This document shows, in pieces, positions 1-11,560 of a stretch of 64,000 nt of DNA. Location of the stretch: the NCBI GenBank assembly GCA_030704615.1, contig CM060734.1, positions 1,860,001 to 1,924,000 on the forward strand, written 5' to 3'. The notes below the pieces were generated by a model that saw only the letters and a list, made by a program, of their open reading frames with translations, searched no databases and was not told the origin of the DNA. Source of the DNA: Takakia lepidozioides (taxonomy: Eukaryota > Plantae > Bryophyta). Numbering within the stretch: position 1 is the first letter of the stretch; each line of letters opens with the position of its first letter. The translations under genes and the position numbers were made by a program.

Positions 1-69
1 TGTTTTTGGGACTCTGCTAAAAATTCTATGGAATTTTTAGAGTGTGAGTGTGCCATGAAAGATCCACAA

Positions 70-879
70 TCCTGTTTCTAGAACCTGTTCTGGTCTATAT
101 GAGAGACAAATCTGGGGATGTACTCCTTGTATGGCTGGGGGAAATGAGGACGTAATTGAAGGGCAGGTCTCTTCTCTTAGCCTGTGCACCACAAGGGGAC
201 AAGATTTATGTTTCCCAAGGAACTCAGACTGATTTGAGTGGAGAACAGTTGGACGAGTTGATTGCATACTGGGAGTCAGGCATTAGCAGTAGACAACAAA
301 CTGCTGTAGTTGGCGTTGAGGGCCTCAATATCGCCTTGGACAGTCAGAACTCTGTTGGAGCCAGCAGTTCTGCAGCTGTAGGTGAAATACCAAAGTGGGT
401 GAAAGCTAGGCTTGGAACACAGCCAAAGACAGCCCGGGGACCAAGGTGTTCAGCCACAAGGCCGTGGTGTACTGGAGCAGAGGAGCAGGAGCTACACAAG
501 TTTGTGCAATCAGACATGTTGCAGCCGGACACGCTCTGCACAAGGCAACCACGAGCGGGGGTTCATTAGCAATGACATGTTTGTTGTGCGTGAAGGAGAT
601 GCAGTCATTCGCAATGAGGACACCCGCAACCGTCTCAAAGCTTTCGAGTTGAGAGACTATCAGACCCTACCTTTGTTTTCTTTAGTGTTCAGTGAGCGGG
701 AGATAGGGGAGTATTGCTTTGTCTCTACCTGGCAGAAAGAGGAGGAGGGTTGGTTAGAGCGAGCTACTGTAGCTTGGGACAAGGTTAGTGGCAGGTTTCT
801 GGACATAGATATACCTCCTACACCTTACCATCAAGCAGAGCGAGGCACTTTGAGAGAAGTCTGGAAGTTGATAGCATAG
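70..879 (+). pseudogene. Frameshifted unknown ORF upstream of gag (possible extra ORF of the element)
   Basis: ORFs 156-569 and 412-879 join by a frameshift near 560 into a protein-like sequence (…LDELIAYWESG…FISNDMFVVREGD…WDKVSGRFLDIDIPPTPY…). No family recognised. Confidence 0.35.
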
Positions 880-1393
880 ATCAGGATTAGATCTTGCTTG
901 GGCGGGCTTCTATTCTTCCCCTCCATCTCTGTACTATTTTCATTACCTTGTACTTGTAGTTGCCAAAGCCTCTCTTGGTGGAGGCCAGTCAGTCCGGGGT
1001 TTTGGGCTGGGATATTCTGCAGGATCAGCATTGCAGCTGGATTTTGGTGTGGGGGTGTTGTTTTGATTTCTTGTGTTTGGATCCCCCCCAACACCTGCAT
1101 GCTTGACTGTGCGCCATGTTGGTTTTGTGTGGGCGCTTGCTTTCATAGGGATTAGGCCGGATTTGATCACCGGTCAATCCTAGAGTATGCTGTCGGTGGT
1201 GAGGCTGGAGTGATGACCAGCAAGACCACCAGTGTTTCTTCTATGGTGAGGCTGGGTTGATGACCAGCCAACCATAGGAGTTCTTGGTGGATGCAGGTGC
1301 AGGTGCCCTGAGCCATTGGGATATGACCCTTAAACTGCAACAGGTGCCCACCCGTGTCACTATTAGATTAGTACTAGAGCCTTATAGTGTCAC

Positions 1394-3100
1394 GTGGAGG
1401 AGGTGCACATTGTGAGTGTCATTACGGAGTTACCCAAGGGTTTTGAGGGGAGTACGGCTACAGGCAGTAACAGTGAGAGTGGGTTCACAAGACGAGGTAT
1501 TCGGTTCAGACCACCTTCACCGCCACCCTCAATTACTGTAGAGTCAGACACAGACTCGGAGGCTTCATCAACAGGTGTGCACTTTCATTCGCCATTGTTG
1601 TGGGACGACATGGAGGAGATGTATGGAGCTACCAAGGGGCCTCGTAGGTACTCTGGAGCTGTGGGCACAATCGAGTTGGATGACTTTATCCAGGAGTTCG
1701 ACAGCTGGTGTGATTTGCAGCAGATGCGCAATCCACAGCTATTCACCCCATTCATGGCGTGGAAGGGACTGTTCCAGCATTTGGAAGGCCGCCTATGGAC
1801 GATTACCACGAGTTCAGGCGAGGACATGAAGCAGAGATTGAGGAGTGGAGGATGTATTGGTCACCTGACTACGTCTCCATTACTCGAGGCACGACGCGAC
1901 CAGTAGCTGCATCAGTACCAATAGCTCCCACTGCCAGCACTAGTAGTGGAGCAAGTAGTGCTGGTACTTCTGCAGGTGGTACCAGTTCAAAAGGTGCTAC
2001 TACTCCTCCTGCCACGACTACAACACATGTGCCTAGATTCAACCCGGTGGTGGAGTTCTTCCAGGAGTTGCGGAGGAACTACCAAGGTGTACGGACAGAG
2101 AAGCTGCGAAGTTTGCAAGACTTCCAGCGCAAACCCAGTGAGAGCCTGCGAGAGGCGTACACTCGTATGAGGCGCTTGATAAGTGTGACCCAAGGGGTTA
2201 CTGAAGCTCAGGCAATCCAGTTTTGGTATGGAATTCTGGACAAGGAGCTCAAGAGAAGGGTGCGAGATGCAACCCTGTTACAAGCAGCCCAACCCACATT
2301 AGCAGATGTGTTCTGCTGGCTGAGCGGATTGAGCTCAACATGGTGGAGGAGCGAGTTGTTACAATTGGATTTGGCAAGGACATGCCTGCACGGGGCACAG
2401 CTGTCAGCCCACAGGCACAAGGGACTGCCCAACAGCGTGGTCAGGGGGGCAAGGTTGCCCAGCCAAGTTCCATGGAGCTTACAGGGGACCTCAGGTGCAG
2501 AGGCCCGTGGCATCTTTTGCAGGCCAACAGCAACCAGGGGTGATATGTTGGACATGTGGAGGACCCCATGTCAAAAGAGATTGCCCAGAGAGTGGCAGAA
2601 GGCCGGCACAAGCACAGCCTGCACAGTTGCAGTGTGGGCATTGTGGCAAGTATGGGCATGGAGATGCCCAGTGTTATGACTTGCATCCTGAGTTGCGCCC
2701 AGGCCAGTTCCAAGGGAACAATGGTGGCCGGGGGCGAGGTGGACCAGCCCAAAGAGGACGAGGTGGTCGGGCACGAGGTGCAGGCCAAGGGCAAGCTCCA
2801 CATGGCCAAGGACGCGGAGGTCAGGGTGTTGACCAAGGCATGGCCAATCGGCTTCAGCAGCTAGAGCAGAGGCTCGCTGCCATGGCTATAGCTCAGGCGG
2901 TACCGGCTCCCAGGCGGGATGGTCCACCTCCTGCTCCTGAGGGAGGAGATATGGGAGGCATGGGATTCATGTGCGGAGCAGCACTACCACTAGAGCAGGT
3001 GGAGTCTGCTGCAGCCGTGACTCGAGGAGCAGCACGAGTTCCTGAGCCACGAGGTGCAGAGGTGGAGTTGGATCCACACGTGGGGAGGCAAGCCGTCAGG
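1394..3100 (+). pseudogene. gag: gag (capsid-like region, two CCHC-type zinc knuckles, RGG-rich tail), split by frameshifts
   Basis: LDDFIQEFDSWCD; FQRKPSESLREAYTRM (gag major-homology-like); CWTCGGPHVKRDC and CGHCGKYGHGDAQC in ORF 2495-3229. Confidence 0.85.
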
Positions 3101-3539
3101 CGAGGCTGCCTCAGTCATTCACCTTGGCGGAGACAGTGTCAACGCCATCCATGGCACCTAGTTCTCGCCCGACTGTTACCGAGGCGGAGGTTACTATGCC
3201 ATTGGGGAGAGCTACACGTGCAGCACTGACACCTGCTACCAAGGCTAGTGCAGCCGGTGTGTTATTGGGGGCAGCCACCTCTGTGTGTCAAGCCCCACTG
3301 TTTCGGCAACCATGATTGCGACGCCGGGGGTGAGACCAGCTGCAGTGTTCAGACTAGCAGCAACACTCTGTGAGAGTGGGGAGGTCACTTCATCTTCTGC
3401 GGAGTTAGTGGAAGGTGTAGTGGCAGAGGGATCCTCGGATTTGAGGGTCAAGACTGCCACGGCTGCGCCATGGCAAGCTGCAGCTGCCAGGTTGACGGAG
3501 CTGCCAGCTAGGCCAGCCATTGAGCGCGCCATGGTGACA

Positions 3540-3960
3540 CCTGGAGTTGTCTTGTTAGACAACCAGGGAGGCATTTTCACTTTGAGTGGACCGGCAGGCA
3601 AGAAGTACCGGCCACTGCGGGTCTTGTTGGACTCAGGAGCTCAGCCACTGATGTTGGGCAGAGCTGCTATTGCAGGTTTGGGCCTCATGGAGGCGGATAT
3701 GGAGCCTTGTCCTTTCCAGATACAGACATCTCTGGGAGGATCAGAGCAGGCTCGCGGCATGACACGGCATCAGTTGGCTATTAGACTGCAGCCGGATCTG
3801 TAGATGGCTCAGTGATGCGAGCCAAGGCCATTGTGACAGACGCGGTCTCTTACGATGTCCTCGTTGGTGGGGCAGTGTTATACCCATGGGCTTCACCCTG
3901 GATTTCTGGGAGGAGTCAGCATCCTACAGGCCTGGATGGCAGTCAGGGGATGGTCGCCGT
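3540..3960 (+). pseudogene. Retroviral-type aspartic protease domain
   Basis: VLLDSGAQPLMLG (D-S-G active site) in ORF 3285-3803; downstream YDVLVGG-like flap-partner motif at about 3850-3870. Confidence 0.85.
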
Positions 3961-4335
3961 GCACAGCTCCCTGTGACATTCATTGGGGGTATTGCAGCTG
4001 CCCAGCGGGGCAAGATGCCAACACTAGCCGCCTTCACAGCTGCAGTTAGTTGGCCTGGAGAGTTGCTGGAAGGCAATGCCCATGCAGAGGATGTGCCACC
4101 TCCAGCAGAGCAGGATGACATGCATGGTACGGCGGAGTTGCCTGCCATGGTTGCTCACACTCCGTTGTGGGGTACGAGCAAGGATTTGCAGCAAGCTGCT
4201 GATGGACGGGTGCAACAAGCTTGGGTAGAAGCTTTTGTACCGTCAGGAGAGGAGGAGTGCGGTGATTGCACCAGGGCCACCTCAGTTGTCGCCATTGGAC
4301 ACCACACCTCTTGTGTGGCAGCCGGATGAAGGCAT

Positions 4336-5275
4336 TGCCTTCTGGACTTGTTTGGCGGGATCAGCACCGGATTGGCTGCTGTGCTACAGGCAGGTGTGCG
4401 GTAAGGCGTTACCTGTATGTGGAGAGGGATGAGACTGCACGACGCGTCTCACTGCCATGTGCTCAGTTGGTACAGCAGTACCCTGATTGTTGGCTGCAGT
4501 TCGTGGATACCAACAAGCCTTGCCAGCAGACATTTCTTGTTGGGGGCGCAAGATTTGGAGCAGGTTGGCTCCATTGATCTGTAGTGGCAGGTTGGCCCTG
4601 CCAAGGGCATTCATCAGCCGGGCATGGCAATGGATTGCGAGACTCGAGGACGGGTCTGTTTTGGGAGATGGTGCGGATTTTGCGCTGCTTGCAGCTTCAT
4701 CAAGCTGTATCTCCAGCATACATCTTGGAGAATGTACCACTGATGGGTGATTCTCGGGCCAGGGTGATGGCCAGTGTGCATCAAGTCCGGTCGTGGCTTG
4801 GGTCAGCAGTATTGCTGGATGCAGCTGCAGTGGGGTCACGGGCTCATCGTCCACGACTATGGTGGACTAACTTGATGCCACCCGCACTGCTCAAGCGTGC
4901 ATTTGATGGGGTGCAGCGGCCAGCACACCTCACCGTGGATGGCATTTTGGACACAGGAAGGCAGTCTCAACGTGTGAGACACGATGACCGTTCGCCTTTG
5001 GCAGTGGTCCAGGGTGGGTCAACCACGAGCAGCATTACCTACACTGCTCAGCTTCCCAGGATCCCATGCTTTTCGGGATGGTGGACCTGGCCTCCTGTGG
5101 GATGCTCAGTTGCAGCAGTTAGTGGAGCCTAATGCCGACGAGCGAGAGCGGGCTATGGGGTTTTCCACTGGGACCACGGCGGTGCCTTCTCTTTCTGAGG
5201 CATCACGTCGTCAGGTGTTGGGGCAAGCAATGGATCTCAATTGCTTGACCTGGATTGTCAGCTTGGCTATGGCTG
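4336..5275 (+). pseudogene. C5 cytosine DNA methyltransferase domain (DNMT3-like) embedded in pol
   Basis: Across frameshifts: motif I LLDLFGGISTG (4339), II RRYLYVERD, III LPADI, IV AGWPCQGHS (catalytic PC), V GLFWEMVRIL, VI YILENV, VIII DAAAVGSRAHRPRLWWTNL, IX ERERAMGF, X RRQVLGQAMD. Confidence 0.93.
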
Positions 5276-5689
5276 AGCAACGTAGAGTGCGGAGTGCACT
5301 TCCCTTGACGGTCTCTCTGCCTACCGAGACGGTACAGGCAGCGAGTGGGGGCGAGCCGGTGAGGACCACGAGGTGTAGACATCCATGGCACACGTGGGAG
5401 GTGCTCGAGGTTCAGAGGGAGTTGGCAGCGAAGGCAGCTGTGATGGATGAGGTTGGGGATTCTTCTCGGGATGAGGAGGTTCTCAATGATGAGATGATGG
5501 GGCAGGATGAGGCCTTGTCATTGACTGAGCAGGAAGGGGGTACTGCTCAAGAGGTTGCAGCATAGCAACCACGGGACGCGTCCTCTACCTCTAAGCCCAC
5601 TGGACTTAAGGTTGCAGTTACGGAGGACAATTGGGAGCCTGACATTGGACCCATTGTCACCGGAGGAGAGAGACGACGTATACGGCGGT

Positions 5690-6470
5690 TCCTGAGGGCT
5701 TACAGGAATTGCTTTGCCTTCAGTTTGAAGGACTTGGGAGCACTGAAGGGTCAAGAGATCCGTATTGAGTTGGCCACTGACACGCCAATCTTTCGGAGAC
5801 CCTATAGATACAGTGACATGGAGAGGTCTTTGATTCAGATGAGGACTCAAGATCTCTGGGAGGCAGGTTTGGTGGAGCTCTCTGGTGGAGAGTATGCTTC
5901 AGCCACAGTGATGCCAGCTAAGAAGGATGTCTATGGCAATTGGACGGAGAGACGTATGTGCGGTGATTACCGGCCTGTAAATCGTCAGACCAAGTCCGAT
6001 AGGTATGCCATGCCAACACCAGAGGAGATCTTTGATGCCATTGGGCATTCCAAGGTCTTTAGCACGTTGGATTTACGATCCGGATATCACCAGTTGCCGA
6101 TCAAGGAGGCGGATAAGCAAAAGACGGCATTCTGGGGGATCAATGAGCACGGGAAGGATTGCCTATACCAGTGGCGGTTCTTACCATTTGGGCTTAAAAA
6201 CGCCCGCTGAGTTTCAAAGAGTCATGGACAGGATTCTAGCAGGGGTGGAGTTTGCTCGGTGCTACATAGATGACATCATCATCTTTAGTGCTACGGTGGA
6301 GGAGCATGAGAGACACCTTCAGGGGGTATTTGAGCGCTTGAGGACGCACGGATTGAAGTTACATCCGGGCAAGTGCAAGTTTTTCCACAACCAGATTGAG
6401 TATCTGGGTCACATGATATATCCTGGAGGATTGGGGGTACAGCAGACTAAGGTAGTCCATTGCACAGGTT
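5690..6470 (+). pseudogene. pol: Reverse transcriptase domain
   Basis: RMCGDYRPVN, FSTLDLRSGYHQ, LPFGLKNA, catalytic CYIDDII (about 6260), LHPGKCKF, IEYLGH; 1-bp frameshift near 6205. Confidence 0.97.
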
Positions 6471-6485
6471 CCACGCCCCACGGAT

Positions 6486-8500
6486 GTGAGCCGAGTTCGA
6501 GCTTTCATGGGGTTAGCAAACTATTACAGACGGTTTGTTAAGGGATTTAGTGCCATTGCAAAGGCTCTAACCAAGCTGACCAAGGTGGACCAGGAGTGGC
6601 AGTGGGAAGATGAGCAAGAACAAGCTTTTCAAGAGCTCAAGGCGAGGTTGACCTCGGCGCCCATCTTGAGACGACCTATCAGGGGGCGTCCTTTTCAGCT
6701 GCATACAGATTGGAGCATGCTGGGGCTTGGAGCGGTGCTCACACAGGTGGATGATGAGGGAAGAGAGTTCGTAGTGGCTTATGCTAGCCGCTCGAACAAT
6801 GCTGCAGAGTCTAAGTATAGCTCATATGAGGGAGAATGCTTAGCTGCAGTGTGGGCCGTGGCACACTTCAGGTGCTATCTATACGGCAATCTCTTCACCC
6901 TTGTCACGGATCACCAACCACTCAAGTGGTTGATGGAGTCAGACAAGCTTACGGGGAAGCTTGCACGGTGGGCACTCATCCTTCAAGAGTATGACTTTCA
7001 GGTGGTGCATCGACCGGGTTTGGTCAATCGAAATGCAGATGGGTTGAGTCGCAATCCATGCACGAGCCAGCAGGATGACACTGGAGCTCGGTGGCATGGT
7101 GAGACGGACGAGGAGATGGTGCCCGGATGGCATGCATCTGCATTTCTGTGTATCTTGGCAGCGGAAGGCCAGGTTGGACCTACAACAGGGATGACTGTAG
7201 ATCAAGTGTCTGAGGACCCTGAGGCCAGCAATGAGCAGGGTGGCGCCAAAGATATACATGAGGATTCAGTTGTGTTGGACTACCTCCGCAGTGGAGACAC
7301 GGCAGCCACTATGACTGCCAAGGAGAGGGATCGGATCCTACAACGAGCCAAGAGGTTCAGGTGGGAGGGGACACACCTGCTCCGAGTGTGGGAGGATGGT
7401 CGAGTGAGGATTGTGCCTCACCCAACACAGCGGGCACGGTTAGTGCGGCATGCCCATGAGGAGTTGGGGCATTTTGGGGTGCGACGCACTCATAGTCTAC
7501 TGCAGGGGCAGTATTGGTGGCGTGGTATGCACACAGAGGTGCAACAATTTGTGGCTAGGTGCATGGTGTGTGACAGGGTGCGTGCTTCATTCAACGCCCC
7601 TACTCCACAATTGCACCCTCTTCCGATCATGGGATTGGGCTACAGGTGGAGTCTTGACTTCGCAGGGCCGTTGCCACTGACCATGCGCCACAACAAGTAC
7701 GTGTTGGTGATGGTGGAGCACTTCTCCAAGTGGATTGAATTGGTTCCATTGCCTGATAAGGCTAGTGAGGGAGCTGCGTATGCATTCCTGGATTGTGTGC
7801 TTAGCCGATTCGGTGCTCCAGCTGAGGTACTCACGGACCAAGGGAGAGAGTTCTTGGGGGAGTTTCAGGCTTTGTGTGACAAGGCCTTGATAGACCACCG
7901 CACCACTTCTCGGGATCATCCTGAAGCCGATGGCTTGGCAGAGAGAGTTGTTCAGACAGTAAAGAGGGGTTTGCGCAAGTATGGCTTGCAGAAGGGACAC
8001 CTAGGAGATTGGGACCTTCAGTTACCCTGGTTAGCCATGGGCTACAGGTTCAGCAAGCAAGCATCACTTGCCTCCTTCTCACCATACTTTCTTCTCTTTG
8101 GCCGAGAGCCGGATTTGCCTACATCCATTCGCAGAGAAGCTGCTACAGTTCTTAACCTTGACGATCCGGACGTGTGGGCACGTGCATGTGAGCAGCGTGC
8201 AGAGTTGTTCAAGAGAGTCATGCCCATGGCTTTCGAGAACCTTGCCATTGCACAACACCGTGATACGTTGAGGTATGCTACCATACGTGGTGGGGGGGCT
8301 ATCGTCCTGGGGTTCGGAGATTCAACCCTGGTGACTGTCTATCTGCAGCAGACTGCTCCTACGACCCTGGATGTGACTGCAGGACGTGTTATTTTGAGGG
8401 TTCGAGAGGTCTTGCCCTCAGGCGTCTTGGTCTTGGAGGGTCGGGATGGCATAACTTGGAAGGACCATGTGCGTAATTGTGCGCCATGTCACCTTCCGAA
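6486..8500 (+). CDS. pol: RNase H and integrase of pol
   Basis: RH: LHTDWS, EGECLA, VTDH, NADGLSR. INT: HAHEELGH…CMVC zinc finger, SLDFAG, LTDQG, AERVV (DDE). Confidence 0.97.
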
Positions 8501-8552
8501 TGTCGATGGCAGGATTGACCCAAACCTGGCAGTGGTATCTGCAGGTTTGAGG

Positions 8553-8696
8553 TGCATGTTGTGTGGGTCTGCTAAGGGGCAGCCACCATGCTGGTGTGTG
8601 ATCGATGCTCTAGAGGTTGGCATATGGGATGCTTGACTCCACCTCTTGAGATGGTTCCGGATGGGGATTGGTTTATGTCCACATTGCATTGGATAG
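8553..8696 (+). pseudogene. PHD finger (C4HC3) at the integrase C-terminus
   Basis: With two 1-bp indels in homopolymers corrected: CMLCGSAKGAATMLVCDRCSRGWHMGCLTPPLEMVPDGDWLCPHCIG-stop (TAG 8694-8696). Confidence 0.9.
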
Positions 8697-8957
8697 TGGG
8701 AGTGGATACAACCATGGAAGGCTAACAAGAAACGCAAGGCCAGCTACTAGGAGACCTTGAACACACGAGGTCCTGGCTCAAGTTCACAGATTGCAAGACG
8801 GCGACTAACGATGGGGCTACTCTTGTACCCGGCCTCTTGGTCTATAGAGTTTGAGTACAATAGGGACAGTGATAGAGAGGACTTAGTACGGCTGTGGCTA
8901 TTACATCTTGTAGCTATCTGGAGGTAGAGGGACCTATCCACCAGCTAGGGGGGCGAT

Positions 8958-9543
8958 TGTGGCAGACTACTTTATTGTGCATATATGTGTGGTGTGGTTT
9001 GGACACAGCGATGTAGTTGTTGTAGCGATATGTATGCGCACGACAGCTGTCAAGTTAAATAAGCACAGTGTGAAAACAGCTAGAATAAAACTAGTTATTT
9101 GTATTTAACACTTGGATTTAGGTCAAGTGTTAAATCAGGTGTCAAGTTTAGTTTGACACCTGGTCCGTCTTATCTTCACGAGAGCGGCAGTCGCGCGGCT
9201 CATCTTTCTCGAGTTGAGCCTGCGCGACCGAGCTCCGCATCGTTTAGATTTGAGTGTGCTTATGAGGGAGTGTAGGTTGTTGTGGGGTGGAGTCCCATAG
9301 CTTGGGGTGCCCCTGGCTCGACTACTATTTCTAAGAGTGATGGTTTGGTTTTCATGTTTTGTGTCAACAGTGTGTCCATAGCTTTCTTATATTGTGGCAG
9401 ACTACTTATTTGTGCATATATGTGTGTTGTGGTTTGGACAGCGATGTAGTTGTGTAGCGATATGTATGCGCACGACAATAGCAAAAAATTCCTGCAACCA
9501 CGCGTGATCACGCGAGGTTCCTGTGTGTCTAGGCTCATCCACA
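8958..9543 (+). repeat. 3' LTR of the Gypsy element
   Basis: Follows the purine tract AGGGGGGCGA; starts TGTGG, ends CCACA (5-bp inverted termini); internal direct repeat 8958-9045 vs 9393-9477. Confidence 0.75.
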
Positions 9544-9780
9544 ATGTAAACGATATATGTACTCATTAGCAAGAAGCCAGAAACAATAAGAACATAGGAG
9601 GTAAATGAGTTAATTATTACCTTTGCAGGATGGTGTGAGAGGTCCAAATGATTCCCCTATGTCTATTTCCTCTCTCCCAGAGATATGGATAATTAGCTTT
9701 CAAATAACTTTCTTTTTTCGATGAATATCTGTGGAGTCTAGCTTCCCTTTCATCACTCATGTCCCATGTCTTTCATATCT

Positions 9781-10475
9781 TTAATGAGGCAATAACCAAA
9801 ACTCTCTCCTGTAGTATCTCTCGTATATGCTTGGATTTCTTTCAAGCTTTAATGCACCCTTGGCTATACTAGAAGGCTCCGTTACCATATAACCATATGG
9901 CAAACACGTTTGAAAAACTGTTTTTGGTGTAAGTTTGATCCACAAGATATCCTTAGGAATCCAATTCTTTACCAATACAAGCTCTTCATGCATATGAGTA
10001 AAAACATTCACTTTCCGTTCCTCCCAGCCTTCAAACTCCACTCGTTTAATGGATAGCAACGCTATCAATAAAACAGTGGTGGCAAACATCTAGCTGTCCC
10101 TTTACAGGCCATTTGATAAATCTTTATCACTCCTTTCTCTAGACCCCACTCTAGATCAGCATCATGCACTCTCTTAAGAATGTTTTCCTTGCAACCGTCT
10201 GACAATTCCAAAAACCTCTGAAAGAATTGTTTGGACAATCTTTCCTTCTCAGTTTCACAGGCAATTTGATTCACATCAAATTCCTTGATTCTCCATCCAC
10301 CATGATCCCACCAGATGCCTGTCACATCTGGTTGTTCTTGACTCAGTTCCCCAGTATGGTCGTCAAATGTTGAGCGGCTTTTACTCACCCATCCCTTAGC
10401 TATCTGAGGTGGAAACTCCAAGATAGAAGAGTTGGAAATCTCTAAGTACTCAGCCCACTCAGAACAATCAATCAT
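9781..10475 (-). pseudogene. Frameshifted unknown ORF, probably internal to a second LTR element
   Basis: ORFs 10065-10475 and 9781-10089 overlap at an A6 run; protein-like composition; next to an LTR-like segment. No family recognised. Confidence 0.3.
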
Positions 10476-10533
10476 GACCTACAGCTAGTGTATCATGGGG
10501 GTGCTTTCCTATTTCTATTCCTTCTTGCATTCA

Positions 10534-11284
10534 TGTTAGCAATTAGCTTACTGTCCATGATTAAGTATCAGATTGCTTCTGCAATCTACCATGTTCCATC
10601 TACTCAAGCATTCATTCCACAGCTTCACTCATATCTCTCTACACGGTGTGAGTATGAAATATGAATCATATTAATATCTATCATGTATCTGGCCGAAGCC
10701 ATGGTATCCCTAATCTGCTCTACAGTGCATCTCTACAGCTTGCATGTATCAAGCATCATCTCGTCGTATCTCCTCCTCTGTGTAATCTCCATCCCTGTGC
10801 TCCAAGATTGTGCTCTCCGCCGTGATACCAGAAACCATGTCCAAGCCGTGATCTCAGAAGTGACGTCCAAGAAGTGATCCCCTCCATGTCGCTACTCTGC
10901 CTATTCTACCTGCAAGCTGTTCTAACCGCCTAACTAACTAACTGTCATCCAAGACAGAACACACGTTCCCTCTGCAGATGTCGTTCCCACACAGTCGTTC
11001 CCTGCCAATGATAACCGTTCCCTGTGAACGCTGTGACGGGCTGTGTCAAACTGTGTCGGGCTGTGACTGATGTGTCACACTGTGTTAGGCTGTGTCTGAC
11101 TGTGACAGGCTGTGTCAGGCTGTGACAAGCTGTATCAGGCTGTGTCTGACTGTTGACTGTGTGAGCCTGTCTGCCACCTCTAAGGCATGTGTCTGCAAGA
11201 GTCTACTACCCGTAGGTCTGCGTAAAATTAAGGATACCCCACAGAACCCGTAAAACTGTCTAAGTCCCAGACAACCCTCTAACA
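10534..11284. repeat. LTR-like segment containing a roughly 10-bp CTGTGTCAGG-type microrepeat (11030-11170)
   Basis: Bounded by TGTTAG (10534) and CTAACA (11284); the right end abuts and truncates a DYW coding sequence. No TSD seen. Confidence 0.4.
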
Positions 11285-11560
11285 GATATGTGCCTGAGAC
11301 ACACTTTGTGTTGCGTGATATGGATCAGCAGATGTAGGAACATGCTCTTTACCACCACAGCGAAAAGCTGGCCATTGCTTTTGGGCTCATTAGCACACCC
11401 CCTGGGACCCCTATCCGCATCATTTAAAAACCCACGTGTATGTGAGGACTGCCACACTGCCACCAAGTTTATATCCAAAATTGTTACACGAGAAATTATT
11501 GCAAGGGATGCCATCTGTTTTCATCATTTCAACAATGGGGTGTTGTGAAGACTATTGGTA
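11285..11560 (+). pseudogene. DYW deaminase domain remnant (3' end of a PPR-DYW gene)
   Basis: (G)YVPETHFVL…[23 protein letters not shown]…[16 protein letters not shown]…FHHFNNG…CEDYW-stop, with a premature TAG and frameshifts. Confidence 0.93.

Larger units (their letters stand above)
1..9543 (+). mobile_element. Ty3/Gypsy LTR retrotransposon with gag-PR-DNMT-RT-RH-INT-PHD; 5' LTR not in window; frameshifted
   Basis: Domain order PR-RT-RH-INT is Gypsy type. Polypurine tract at about 8946-8956, 3' LTR 8958-9543 with TGTGG...CCACA termini. Left boundary not visible. Confidence 0.93.

Noticed and set aside
4336-5275. DNMT as bacterial restriction-modification gene or contamination
   Set aside because: It is collinear with pol, has DNMT3-like motifs, has no partner endonuclease and has a second decayed copy in plant context.
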